A program made the position numbers and the translations under genes. DNA of 64,000 nucleotides from Octopus sinensis (taxonomy: Eukaryota). The notes under the pieces are model-generated. The model had not been told where the DNA came from, made no database searches, and saw nothing but the letters and a program-made list of their open reading frames with translations. Of this stretch, positions 13,473 to 26,135 are shown in pieces. Each line of letters starts with the position of its first letter. Within the stretch, counting starts at the first letter, position 1. The DNA lies in assembly GCF_006345805.1 (NCBI RefSeq), contig NC_042997.1, positions 100,998,001-101,062,000 on the forward strand, read 5' to 3'.

Positions 13473-13629
13473 TGCACATATATTTACAGTCCTGAGATGT
13501 CTCTGATTAGATCTGTATTGGACTCTGTAAAATGACTGCGGACAAGCTGAAGTCCGAACCATGTTGAGAAGGTATATAACAAATATCTTTGTCTATGCTA
13601 AGCATTAATAGTAAATAATTTATCTTATA

Positions 13630-14022
13630 CTAGCAGTATCGCCCGGCGTTGCTCGGGTTTGTAAGGGAAATAACTATATAAGCATTTTTAGAGATGTAAA
13701 GTATAATAGCCATCTCAATATGGCTAACCACAAAGTGGGGTGTTACTGTAGCTTTTTACGTTCTGAGATTTAATAATACATTTTTAGAGAGTTACTTCCC
13801 TTATATAATAGCAAAAAATGCATTAAAAATGGGAAAAATGATGGTAATTTAAAAAAAAAATCATATACTCATCGTAGACGCGCGCTAATACCCAGAAGGG
13901 CTCGATATGAATCACGACTATAAGATACCCGCTTTTGGTTACACTACACCGCAAAATGTGGGAGTAGTTAGGAATCTAAATCGTAGGAGACAGACACACA
14001 ACTTCACTTTTATATATAAAGA
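13630..14022 (-). mobile_element. Non-autonomous Helitron (393 bp)
   Basis: Minus strand begins A|TCTTTATATATAAAAG and ends with hairpin CCCGAGCAACGCCGGG followed by CTAG|T. Inserted in an AT dinucleotide with no TSD. Confidence 0.85.
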
Positions 14023-14279
14023 TTTTTAGAGCAAGAGTGATAATTCACATGACAAATTCGGAGAGTTACGTAGCTTGGAATGAGAAGTGATAAAAAGAAT
14101 TATCTAGATCAGGATAAAAAAAGAAAGGAAAGACGGAGGGGAAAAAAAACCAAGAAAAATTAAAGAAAGAAGAACGCAAAGGAAGACAAGTAGAGGCGAA
14201 AACGGAAATGACAGAGAAGAGAAAGGGAAAAAGACGGAGAAATAAGGAAAAGAGAAAAAGGTAAAGCCGGAGAGAGAAG

Positions 14280-14310
<31 letters not shown>

Positions 14311-15639
14311 CAAGAGAAGGCAGTCAGAAACAGATAGACAGACAGATAGATGGATAGATGGATAGATAGGAAAAGAGAGAAAGAGAGAGAGAGAGGGGGA
14401 GAGAGATGTAGAGAGAGAGAGGGGGAGAGAGAGAGGTAGAGAGAGAGGGGGAGAGAGGCAAAGAGAAAAGAAAAATGAAACAAAAAAAAGAGGGAAAGAG
14501 GATGGTGAGGTCAGACGATGGAGAAAGATTGGACTTGTTGGAGCAGTGGAGGCGACCATCGTACAGTGGCTTAGCTCTGTATCGGACGATATATTTTCTA
14601 AGTAGGGATGCATTGAATAACTTAACGCAATAAATTCTAAGTTTACTGAATTTTGCCTTGAGTTGGAGAAAGAAAGAAAAGCAAAAACCTTGTAGTAAAT
14701 CTGAAGAAGTCACAAAGAAAAGAGGCAATAATTTCAAAATATTAATAGTTAGTTTCTATCCCTTCTAACCAAATAAGTGGTCATGTTATTAGAAATTATT
14801 AATGCGATATCAAGGCAATAACTTCCATGTGCTGATTTGTTTCAGAATGAAGCAATATGAGTTGTTAGATAAACCCAATACATTACTGGTACTTGTTTAG
14901 CGATCTAAGAGGGGCGATAAGCAAAGCTGACTACGGTTAAAGTCGTTCTGAGAGGATAAAAGAACCATATAGTATTATTTAGTGCGGTTCTCTAACGATC
15001 CACCTATCCATTTAAATATGTTAGTGAAACGCAATATATTATGCTATTTTCGAGACAATAAAACGATTTAATTTCCAGGTCTTTAAATAGAAAATAGAAA
15101 ATAGAAAATTTTAGTTCTGCTGCAAAAGAAATTAAATGTAAAGGTTGAAATGCAGATGTTGCAGAGCATAACTCCAAGCAGTAGTAGCTAGAAATAAAAC
15201 TCAATATCAATGAAATATTACAATAAATCTGTTTAAGAACATAAGATTTCATCAACTCAATAATCATTTTCCGATTGAACATGAGAAATGTATATCAAGC
15301 ATACGACATTTCTCGTATTCCTAAATTTTCCACCAGCTAGAACATATTAATGTTTTCTTATTCGGCTTCGTAAGGACAACTTGTTTCCGCTGACTCAAAA
15401 CTTGTGTCATTATTGTTGATATGATACTACGTCAAGATGATGTCAATGGCTTTAATAAATAAGCAGGTGATTTAGCAATAATCGCGTTAAACAGTTTCGG
15501 TTTAAATCTCAAATATCTATTTTTATGGAAGTCAATTCATGACATGGTATTGTGTTTACTTTTTATAAGATAGCCAGACGAAGTGGAGTAGTTCTAATAC
15601 GAAAGAACAAGTGGGGGGAGATATGATAAAAGTTTAGAG

Positions 15640-15918
15640 TACGTCAGAGTTGAATGAATGTGGATTGGAGAGTACTTGTCTGGCAAATGTTACAATGAAG
15701 TGGTTTGGAAGGAAACTTCCAATTCAAGAAATTAGAGTTGGATCGAGGCTACAGGTGGGAAATTTAACTAGAGGGCTCTTATGCTAGTCGAAGGTTTTAT
15801 TAATTTCAAGAGCAACAAAATTGCTTTAACCGAATCTCTCAAGATAATATCTAAGAAATACTGGGGAACAGATTACCGCTATATATGGCTTTACGAAGGC
15901 CATACTGACGTTCAGTTA

Positions 15919-15962
<44 letters not shown>

Positions 15963-16440
15963 AAGTGCAATTGGATGGCGCTTTAAGTTTTTGAGTTATC
16001 TCTAAACCGTGAGCCTAGTTTGAACGTTTGCAACAGAGTGAACTCCGCTAAAGACGCCCAATAACCCCAAAAGCGAGTTAGTCCTACAACTCTATGAGAA
16101 TAAATAAAAAAGAGGTTCCTTGTCTTCATTTATCCTGATACCAGTAGTTTAGAAATTGCGTAACGAGACTCTGAGTTCCGTATGTCCTTCGGTCGTAGAT
16201 AGTCACCCTTTAGCCATCGAAGCTCGATATGTAGTTGAAGACATTCACGTTCTTGTTAATTTACATGACGAAGTTTCCGAAAAATATAAGTAATTCAATG
16301 GACAAGCTGATTCAATAACATTGTGAAGGCTTTATGGCGTTTGCTCAAAGTGTTGGTGAATTGGAAAGATATATGGTGATGCTTCTTTTTTATGTGCTAT
16401 AAATCCACGATAGCCACCAAATGTAGTGTCTGCTCTATCT
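15640..16440 (-). mobile_element. Heavily decayed CR1/L2-like LINE relic (endonuclease/post-EN region)
   Basis: Weak DR...GG and post-endonuclease-like peptide remnants only; interrupted by (GA)n. Confidence 0.3.
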
Positions 16441-19347
16441 ATTCTTATTTTGTAATAGAAGTATTAAACTGTGTAACAAAATTTTAATTTCTTTTGTCTT
16501 TGGTCAGTAAGGGTTATTTCTTATTTGCTTCTATCTAGAAATCTACGGAAATGACTACTATTCTCTTCAAACTTTGCTTTTGTGACCTGGACATCAATGT
16601 TTCAGCGCTGAGCTGCTGAAGTAGAGATATCGTTATAGCAAATATCTAGCACAAATTTGCATGCCGGCTGTTTGGCCTTAAGTACTTGAGTATGTCCCTT
16701 AGTGGCTGACAATATGTGAATCTCTGATCATGAGCAGAAGTAGTTGGGGAGTATCACAGCCATGTGTTGAGAGGAATCCTTTGGAATTTGAATAAATATA
16801 ACAAAAGCAAAGTTTGAAGTAAATAACTATTTTTCATAGTTTCTAGGGATAAGCAAATAAGAAATAACAGTTGCTACTCAAGGACAAAAATTGTGTTACA
16901 CAGTGATATTTATTAGTGTTCAGCTATTTTAGAAATTGTTGAGTCTTCTCTCGGTTTCCAGTTTTTCAGTGACTAGGAACTCTTCTCTATCTTAAGTACT
17001 TCATCTTAAGTACTTAAGTACTTAAGTTCTTAAGTTCTTAAGTACTTCATCAGTATTTCAATAAGGCATTAAACCAATAACAGGGAGTCAATATAGAGTG
17101 AAGTTGTCTCAATGAGCTGCATCGAGTTGTAACGACATTTCGGTAGTTTCCAAATTACGACATAGTTTTCTCAATGTCATTTGCTGTTTCGTCAATTTGT
17201 ATTGATATGATAATAAACTATATAATTAGTGATATACTATTTTTATTTGGACCCATCGTAATTTTTAGAACTATATTTACAACTGTTAAGACGAACGTTT
17301 CACCACTTGTATGTGATGCCTGTTTTGAAATTTTGTAAGATGCAACTAATGTTTTATTTATCGTCAACTTTACTTTGCATTGAACTCACTAATTATAGAT
17401 TCTAAAATTTATATTTTAAATTCACGATATTTTGAAAGTTCATTCTCATTATAACAAAATAATGGCAGTAAATAAACGAGCTCACTTTCGAAGAGATTCA
17501 TACTTCCCCACAGAGAGGGGTACAACTGCACAGGCTTAAAAACATTACTGAAGTAATTAACCGGTATTTTTTTTGTCGAGGCATTAAACGAAATGCAGTC
17601 AGGGCATAATCGCTAAGGGACAGACTATGCGAGAGTGTGTGATAATGGTGAGTTATTATTTACGGTACTTGATATAAAAAATACTCATGTTGCTATAAGG
17701 AAGGATGAGTTGGAAAATAACGCCAAATAATTAAATTTATAAATAAAGAACAAGATACATATATTGAATTTTTCTTTGATAAAAGAACTACTGATTATGA
17801 AATATAACACGAACTTCCAGTTTGTTAATCAATAAGTATTCGATGAAGTACTCTCAGCTCGTATTATTTTGGTCCAGTATGTGGTTTCTAACTATTTATG
17901 GTCTTTATCAATCACACAGAATCCCTGTATCGATCATATCTACATATCTACACAATTCACACAGTGACTATATCTACATCATACATATAGTGGAAAAATT
18001 TACTCGAGTCACTCAATGATCTTATAACACGTTAAATGAATTTAAAGCACGTATTCACTCATTCAGCTTATAACTGAATGAGTAACTACGCAATGAATAT
18101 ATCCGCATTACGTACACAATGAATATGCTACACATCCTATTCAAAGAACCTATCTACAAAATTCTGCCATTAAATAATCCATGTAATGAATGTGTCTAGA
18201 AGGTTTTCCACTTCTGTGGTGCATTCTTGCTTACACACTGAAGTATTACACATTCTAAAACTGAATTTTTTTACTAAAATTTTGTGAGTTATTTGTGTTA
18301 AAGGTAAATTAAAAATGTCGCCAAGTTTTATTTGTTTGTATTCCATTTCTACTTCAAAGTGAAACACAAAGAGTAATTTTTAAAATTCAAGTGAAATATA
18401 GGTGGTTAGACGAATTACATAACTCTTGATCGTTGGCGTAGTGTTGAATATTTCAGCCTTCTTTGTGCATCTGGGATAAAATTTCTCAAGACAGAGCCCC
18501 CTCCAAACAATGTTTATGTTAATTTTTTAAACTGTATATTGTACGTTAATGAAGCATTGTATTATGCACTATCATACTGCTGCGAATATTACTAATTTTT
18601 ACATCCCTAATACACATAAAAACAACTATGTGAACTGAACCATTTGAAAGTTAAGTATTTTGCCGATTGACAACAGATAGGGAGAGTGACTCCATGTGCA
18701 TTATCGACCGTTCTGCCGGTAGCTCACCACGTAGGCAATTGTGGTTCTTTCGTCAACTGATTCATTTTCTTACTTCTCTATTATTTGTCATAAATGATGA
18801 CATCTATCAACGATTTTGTCGTTTTTGCCTTAGAATCATCACGTATCTATTTTGTATGCTTTATCATGGATTTTATAAAGAGCAAAACGTGGGAAAATGG
18901 ATTTATTTCGCAGCTCATAACATGTGGAAGGCTGTTTCTCATCGAACGTTGAAAATGAAATAGCGGTTTCTTTTTTTACAAGGCACAAAGACCATTTACG
19001 TGTTGAGTAAAACTAGGAATTGGATGCTCATGACATTCTCAATGAGATTAACAAACCTGTAGGGTTTAGACGACCGTACGCAAGGAGTTGGTGACAAATG
19101 GCTCCTTTAGAACGCCGCACGGTCGTTCCCTAGCATAATAAGAAAGCCAAATACATGGATATAAAGAATATGTGCCAAAAGAATAAATGAGGACGAAAAT
19201 CGTTCTACTGTTTGAGAGAAGAAGACTTTATTCACAGGGTACAAAGTGAAAGTGTTGAGCGTTAGCGTAGTGTTATGTATGAATGCGTGCGCAAGTATTT
19301 GTGTCTGTGTGTTCGTGTGTGCGACAGAAGATACAGACAAAGGTAAA

Positions 19348-20212
19348 TGTGTATAACAGAAAATACAGAATACCGAGCATAAGTCTCAGTATATTGAGTT
19401 AAGATAGAGTTAGTTTACCTATTTCTTTACCACCCACAAGGGGTTAAACACAGAGGGGACAAACAAGGACAGACACATGGATTAAGTCGATTACATCGAC
19501 CCCAGTGCGTAACTGGTACTTATTTAATCGACCCCGAAAGGATGAAAGGTAAAGTCGACCTCGGCGGAATTTGAACTCAGAACGTAGCGGCAGACGAAAT
19601 ACCGCTCAGCATTTCGCCCGGTGTGCTAACGTTTCTGCCAGCTCGCCGCCTTATAGAGTTAGTTTACCAGTTCATGAGATACACAATAGTAAGTTCTATA
19701 ACACGATGTTAGCGGTTCACGTGGCAGAGCCGGTTACTACACGTGTAGAGGTTGGGGTTATCCTGCCGTGCTGAGTCTTGATAAAGTAAGTTCTTTAGAT
19801 ATACTGCAACAGTTACTTCTCGGTGAAAGATTCATACAAACAGCGTAGAGTTAAACTTGGTCGTTGTAGATGTGTACGTGTTGGTGAGGTAGACGTAGAT
19901 GGAGATCGTCCTGTCTGTTGTTGGTGTAGAATAGCGTCGTCGTAGCTGAAGCAGGAGCATGGTTGGCTGACTGGTCATCTGTCGTTGGAACTGGAACATA
20001 GCTGAGTAGCTCTGTGGTCAGTGACTAGACCTTAGAAGATCTGGAGTCGAAAGACCCCGAATAGGGAAAATGCCAGCCTTTTTAAGGAGTTAAGGTGGCT
20101 CAAATGAAGCTTCCTTTCCGAAGGTCGTGATTGGTTGCTTTACACTCTGGCGCGAAATAAGTAGGGAGACAAGCCGCGCCAAATGCCAACCAATCAGAGC
20201 AGTGGACACAAC
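19348..20212 (-). mobile_element. LTR-like sequence interrupted by a SINE
   Basis: Minus strand TGTTG...TACACA with CCAAT-type motifs and non-coding LTR-like composition. No TSD found. Confidence 0.35.
19420..19652 (-). mobile_element. SINE family A monomer with 16-bp TSD
   Basis: TSD ATAGAGTTAGTTTACC at 19404-19419 and 19653-19668. Confidence 0.93.
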
Positions 20213-20499
20213 AGGATCAAACTAGCCGAAGATGGTTGTAACCTCAAACGAGATCATTCTTAATGTGTCTGTTAAACAGTGAGGATATCAATATCGCTAC
20301 AGACCTAATCAATGTGAAATGGTTTCAATCTGCAATTGAAACAACATCCCCAGTTGTCAGACTCTCACCACACTGAAAAAGTAGTAGTATTAATAACGAA
20401 AAGCCAAAACGAAGCATTATCAATCAATGACTAAGTTGTAGCTATCGCTTGAATCATTAACAGTATAGATTCTGGACCAAGTCAAGCGAAGGCGAGCAA

Positions 20500-21290
20500 T
20501 GAGTATGCCAGTTGCAGTCTTTTGCACTTGTTTTTAGTGTGTTTCCAAATAGCGTTTAATGCTTAACGAGGTTATTGATACTGCTGCTATTTCTGTGTGA
20601 GTGTTTTTTTTTATGTTTGGATCGAATGGAGACAGCGTATTTACGAGGTTTTAGAGTAACGTTTTGATGCTGTGAAAGGGATTACGATGTTTGAAGTTTA
20701 CTGTTGCCACAAACGGTGTCCCTTGTATGCACAGGTAGTCTTTCATTTTAAGTATTTTACTCCCATTCTGTTGGTAATCTATGATGAGACAATGTACAAC
20801 TTCTGCTGGTGTTTTTGTATTCTTTGCAACTCATTGTGGTTGTTGTGAATGTGAGACTTTAGGACCATACGTAAGACTAACACAAATCTATATTGTTTGT
20901 ACATCCTTGCTGCTGTTTCTTTCTATAAACCAAATGTGGTACCAGTGATCGCAATGTTGTTTACCCTCGTTTTCTATGTGTAATGTAAATGCTGTAGTTG
21001 TATTTGTTTTTTGTGTGTTTGAGTCTTGTATATTTATTTTGGTTAAAGCATTCGTTGGTTGTATCTTATTTTCAATAGTGTTGTTAGTCAGAAGAGAGAA
21101 TGTACATTTAGCACACGCTACTTGAAGTTTGCTTGGAGTCAGGTTTGTGGATGATTGATATGAATTTGGAGTAATTTTGCAGTAGTGTATGAAGGTTTGT
21201 GAGACAATGTCACAGCTATATCATTTGCATATGAGGCTATGTCTGTAGTTTGTGTAAACAAGGGAGGTAATATAGAGTGCGTTAGAGCAG
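20500..21290 (-). mobile_element. I/Jockey-group LINE RT C-terminal relic
   Basis: IASYANDIAV (YADD-like), ITGTTFG.KET..MYKQY, NELQRIQN. Many stops. Confidence 0.55.
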
Positions 21291-21639
21291 TGGTTCCCAA
21301 TTAGGCAAAATCCCGCTTCCTTATATACTAAAAGAATGAAATTCCCTCTTCCTTTATTAATTAGAGACGGAATGTGCCCACGGTGTTGCTTAAATCCAGC
21401 TGAACTTCATAAAATATCTCCATTTGTTCTTAAAGTATGTTTCTTAAGGATCGAGATTAATCCAGAAAGAAAGGGAGAGAGAGAGAGAGAGAGAGTGAGA
21501 GGGAGAGAGAGACTGAGAGAGAGAATGGATAGAGAGAGAGAGACTGGATAGAGAGAGAATGAGAGAGAGAATGAGAGAGAGAGAGGGAGAGAGAGGGAAT
21601 GGATAGAGAGAGATGAAAGCGATTGGTGAGTACAGAGGC

Positions 21640-21930
21640 TAGCTCTGGTATACATAGTTTGAAAGGGAATGGGATGGATAATATTGTCAAGGCCAGTGTC
21701 CTTAGTTTGAAGCTACTGGAAATATTTTCAAACTTGGTGTGTATGTATGCATGGTGATGAATCTGGTAGAGGTGTAGGAGATAGTTTTGTAGGAGGTTTA
21801 TCAGTTGTTTTGTATGAGTCAAAGTAATATGCTGCAAGATGACAAAGCTGCGCGATAGATGACAATTTTCTTGCATCTCCATTTGACAACAACAATTTTG
21901 CAATGACAAATGGCCGTAAATAAAGAACCA
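21640..21930 (-). mobile_element. I/Jockey-group LINE RT relic (second copy)
   Basis: FVILQHITLTHTKQLINLLQNYL...ENISSSFKL resembles the post-YADD region. Confidence 0.4.
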
Positions 21931-21941
21931 TTGTTAATATC

Positions 21942-22423
21942 TGCTGTGTGGACGCCCCCAGGCGATGAAGTAGACTATCCCAATACGTAGATATATAGAG
22001 AGAAGTCTAGACGTCGAGAGAACAGTTGAGTAAGTGTTTTATGTTATGTTTAATAATATCGGAAAATAGAACAATTTTAGAGAACATATAACGGTTCAAA
22101 TAATTGTAATGGTTGACGATAATTAATTGTTACGTAAATACATGATAAAAACGGACAGTTTAAAAAGATTAATGGTAATGCATGTGATGAGGGGCACATG
22201 CAGCCATTCATTACCCCATTATTGTATAATCATCTCATCATATTCGTTCTATGTATTGTCCCCTCTGTGGTGTCCTGTCTGCCCTTGTTTGCCCCCTTTA
22301 TGTTTGGGCCCTTGTGGCTAATAAAAAAACCGAGAACAGTTGAGTAGCGGTGAGACTAGAGTCGAGAGTAGTAGAGCAGAAGTAGAGTTGAGTAGTAGAG
22401 GCACCCGAACGTGCGACATAACA
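21942..22423 (+). mobile_element. Solo LTR (482 bp)
   Basis: TG...CA termini, 5-bp TSD ATATC (21937-21941 / 22424-22428), internal AATAAA near 22320. Confidence 0.7.
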
Positions 22424-22519
22424 ATATCAGAACGTAGTTTTGCTTGATTGATTGTTAATGTAATTGAGAAGAAATTGAACTCTGCTTTGTTTCCTAGATG
22501 TGTTGATCATCATTTATCT

Positions 22520-22955
22520 TTTATCCTTTACTTGTTTCAGTCATTTGACTATGGCCATGCTGGGGCACCGCCTTGAAGAGCTTTTAGTCCAATAAATCGA
22601 CCCCAGAACTTATGTTTTTTTTAAAACTCCAGCTGCTTAATCTATCAGTCTCCCGCTAGGTTACGGGGATATAAATACACCAACACCGGTTGTCAAACGG
22701 TGGTGGGGACAAACACAGACACAAAGACAGACCACTGACACACGCACACGCAAACATACACACACACACACACACATGCACGCACACATATAGGACAGGC
22801 TTCTTTAAGTTTCTGTTTACCAAGTCCACTCACAAGGCTTTGGTTGGCCTGAGGTTATAGTAGAAGACACTTGCTCAAGGTACCACGCAGTGAGACTGAA
22901 CCAAGAACTATGTGGTTAGGAAGCAAGTTCTTACCACACAGCTACGCCTGCACCT
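22520..22955 (-). mobile_element. tRNA-derived SINE family B
   Basis: Head GGCGTAGCTGTGTGGTAAGAAC..., CCTTGAGCAAGTGTCTTCTACTATA core and ACTGAAACAAGTAAA-type tail; homologous to the copies at 53.4-54.0, 60.8-61.7 and 63.2 kb. Confidence 0.85.
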
Positions 22956-23119
22956 AATCGAAAGCCAACTGTGGCAAAGTTGTCCTTTTTGGCCTTTGTA
23001 GTAGTGTTTTCCAATGAATGGAGAAAGTGCCGACTGTAGGATTGCTGGCATCTAGGGCAAGCTGAATTTCGACATCCATGTATATATCATTTTAAAATAT
23101 TTTGACAAGGAATAAAACT

Positions 23120-23348
23120 TATTTCTTTATTGCCCACAAGGGGCTAAACATAGAGGGGACAAAGAAGGACAGACAAAGGGATTAAGTCGATTACATCGAC
23201 CTCAGTACGTAACTGGTACTTAATTTATTGACCCCAAAAGGATGAAAGGCAAAGTCGACCTCGGCGGAATTCGAACTCAGAACGTAACGGCAGACGAAAT
23301 ACCGCTAAGCATTTCGCCCGGCGTGCTAACGATCCTGCCAGCTCGCCG
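23120..23348 (-). mobile_element. SINE family A monomer
   Basis: Same consensus as 19420-19652; possible 7-bp TSD TAAAACT. Confidence 0.9.
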
Positions 23349-23420
23349 TAAAACTGCAAATGTAGGTATAATGTTTTTATTACAATTTGTTAAAGGTTTT
23401 ATTTTATTTAATACTTTCAT

Positions 23421-23504
<84 letters not shown>

Positions 23505-25399
23505 AGATAAAAAATTTTTTTTTGATGGGTTAGATGTCGATCAAGTCGACTTGAAATCAAAAGACAGTGTATTAAATTGGTGATGCGTTATATAATTATC
23601 ACCAGGTTTATTAATTCAGTTATTCAGTCCTTATACACATAATTCTGCTTTGTTTTCGAATGGAAGTATCAAAGCTTGTTTTATTTTGGATGTGTAGTTG
23701 ACTGAAGTTGTTCACAAAGTGACAGAGGGAAAGTACAGTATGGGAGCATTCTAGTATGGTATTACATACGTAATATAGTAAATATAGTAAACTGAAAAAC
23801 TTTCATTAACCGAAATTATCCTTGCAATTAAACTCTCGCTATGGGGGGCGCGGTTCTTTAAAATATAAAAGCAACAAACAAGGGTGGTAACTACAATAAA
23901 TCAACCGATATTCCTGGAAAATAAATACTATACAGAAGAGAGTGGACATAAAACTTAGATTGTTATCTTACTTTTTGTCCAGTTAAACGATCAGTTATTA
24001 CACATCTCAAATCTACAATATTGGAAACCTTGTAAGAAAATTCGAAAACAAAATAAATTCGTCTGTTATAAAAAGATATGGCCTCCGACTACCTTCTGTT
24101 TCTCGATATAAACCACTTTCAAGAGCTGATGAAATTATTTGTGAAAATTCTTCTGGCATTAATGACCTATATGAGAAAATCTGAAAATAGAAAACAGATA
24201 ACTTGTACGAAAAGCATGAGAAATTTTTCAGCAGTCTAGCAAACTGCTCCGGAGTGGTTGCTTAAACATTCAATGGTTGATTCATATGTGTCATTTTTAT
24301 CTTTTAACGCAAAATGTTTGTACTTTTCTAATAAGTGTCATTTGTCATTCGCAAAGAAAAAGAAAAGGGAAAAATTTTCAATAAATATTTTTGTCTCCTT
24401 TTTTTTCCCATGTTGACATGGATAAATCATTTATGGCAATTGCTTGAGGCTCTGGGATAAATAATTGATTCGTCGAGTCTTTTGAAAATAGTAACAAAAG
24501 CACAAGTGAATTAACGTAAGCAATAAACATGAACTAAATTTTTATGACAAATGCACAGAACAAGTAAAGTTCTTTTCTCAACGTGAGGAGATTGACCTGA
24601 CATACATATCTCTCCTCCTTAACATGAATAGCAAAAGGAAATGCTTATAACCGAGACAAACTGATACAGTTAAATATATGCACTTGTGTTCATACAGGAC
24701 TGATAAAATACACCCATGATTACCCTTTATACATGGACAAAATAATACTAATAAAAAAACTTTGACTAAAATTATGTCCTCCTTGAGCACGAAATAAAAT
24801 GTTTTAAAGAAAGTATTGCCGACGGAATCAGAGATAAAATATAATATACTTTTATTGACTCTAATGCAATCAATAAAAATAAGAAACCTTAATGGCTCAG
24901 ATGAGTTTCCAACTGAAAGAGTAGCCGAATGAAACTAAATAGTATAATGTAGTTAGAATAGTGCCCTATAATCCTTCGATACACTTAATTTTCCAGCAGA
25001 GAAATAATATAAAAATAGATAATGTTTAAAAATCAATATTGATTTCTTGACATTGGCACAAGGCCACACATTTAGAGGGGCATAAAGAGCTAATAAAATC
25101 GAATTTCAGTATATTTTTGGCATTATCTACATAGGTGTCAGTCGAATGAAAGGCTGAAATAATTATAATTGTTTATTTATATCACTTCAATAAATATAAT
25201 GAGTTGTATTAATTTAAACTAAGTTCTAATGTTACAAGATATTTAACAGAAAGATGATCTTTTATAAGATACATATCCCTTACATAAAGTGTTCCTGCAA
25301 TGCGAGAACTAAGTCAGTAATCAACTGGAAAACAATGCTTATCCCTTCAATAACGACATAAATGTATATAGTCTCAGCATTCCACAAACGAAAGTGGCG

Positions 25400-26104
25400 T
25401 AACATTTGATCGATGCTCCTGACCTAGCTTCATTTACATGTTAGATTACAGTTTGAGGAAATCGAAGACAGGAGAATAGCATTTATCGAAATTTCAGAAA
25501 TTTCAGTAATACACGCTATACACATTACGTATACTTCATAGGCTTGGTGACCTGACTTGTAGTTTAGTCAGTATTTTGTGTTAGATATTTTGGGTATAAG
25601 TGGAATGAAGTCGAAAGCTTTACTGCTGTCCATATTAGAAATATGCGTATAGGGTTGCTTTTTGCTATAGGAGTAGTCATATGTATTCGCTGTCAGGTTT
25701 CAGATTGATTGAATGCAGCGACCTAAATCTGTCTTGTGATTTGTCGAAAAGAATGCGTGAGTTAGTGATATGAAGGATGTCTTTCTGGAAACTTCAATGA
25801 GTATGTATAGGAGAGTCTTGAATTTGTATGATGCTACTTTGATTTTTTTTAGGTTTCAAAATTGTTTGGCCGGTTCCTAAATTCTTGCTTGTAGATATTG
25901 CAGTGTGTGAGTCCGGTGATTCATTCAGGCTTTAGATATTCTAAATGGATGTTTGTAGCTGTGGCAGCGGTTGGAACTTTTGAAAATGTTTTCGAATGTC
26001 TAATTGAGGGAAGAGATCAAAATCTTGTTTCTATGAATTTTGTCTGGATTTTGGTGGCTGATTTTTCGAGAAGTGTTTGATAAGAGTGCATGATTGGTGT
26101 TAGC

Positions 26105-26135
<31 letters not shown>

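Noticed and set aside
14490-14640. GC-richer patch next to (GA)n as a first exon
   Set aside because: No convincing splice donor or recognisable peptide in any frame.
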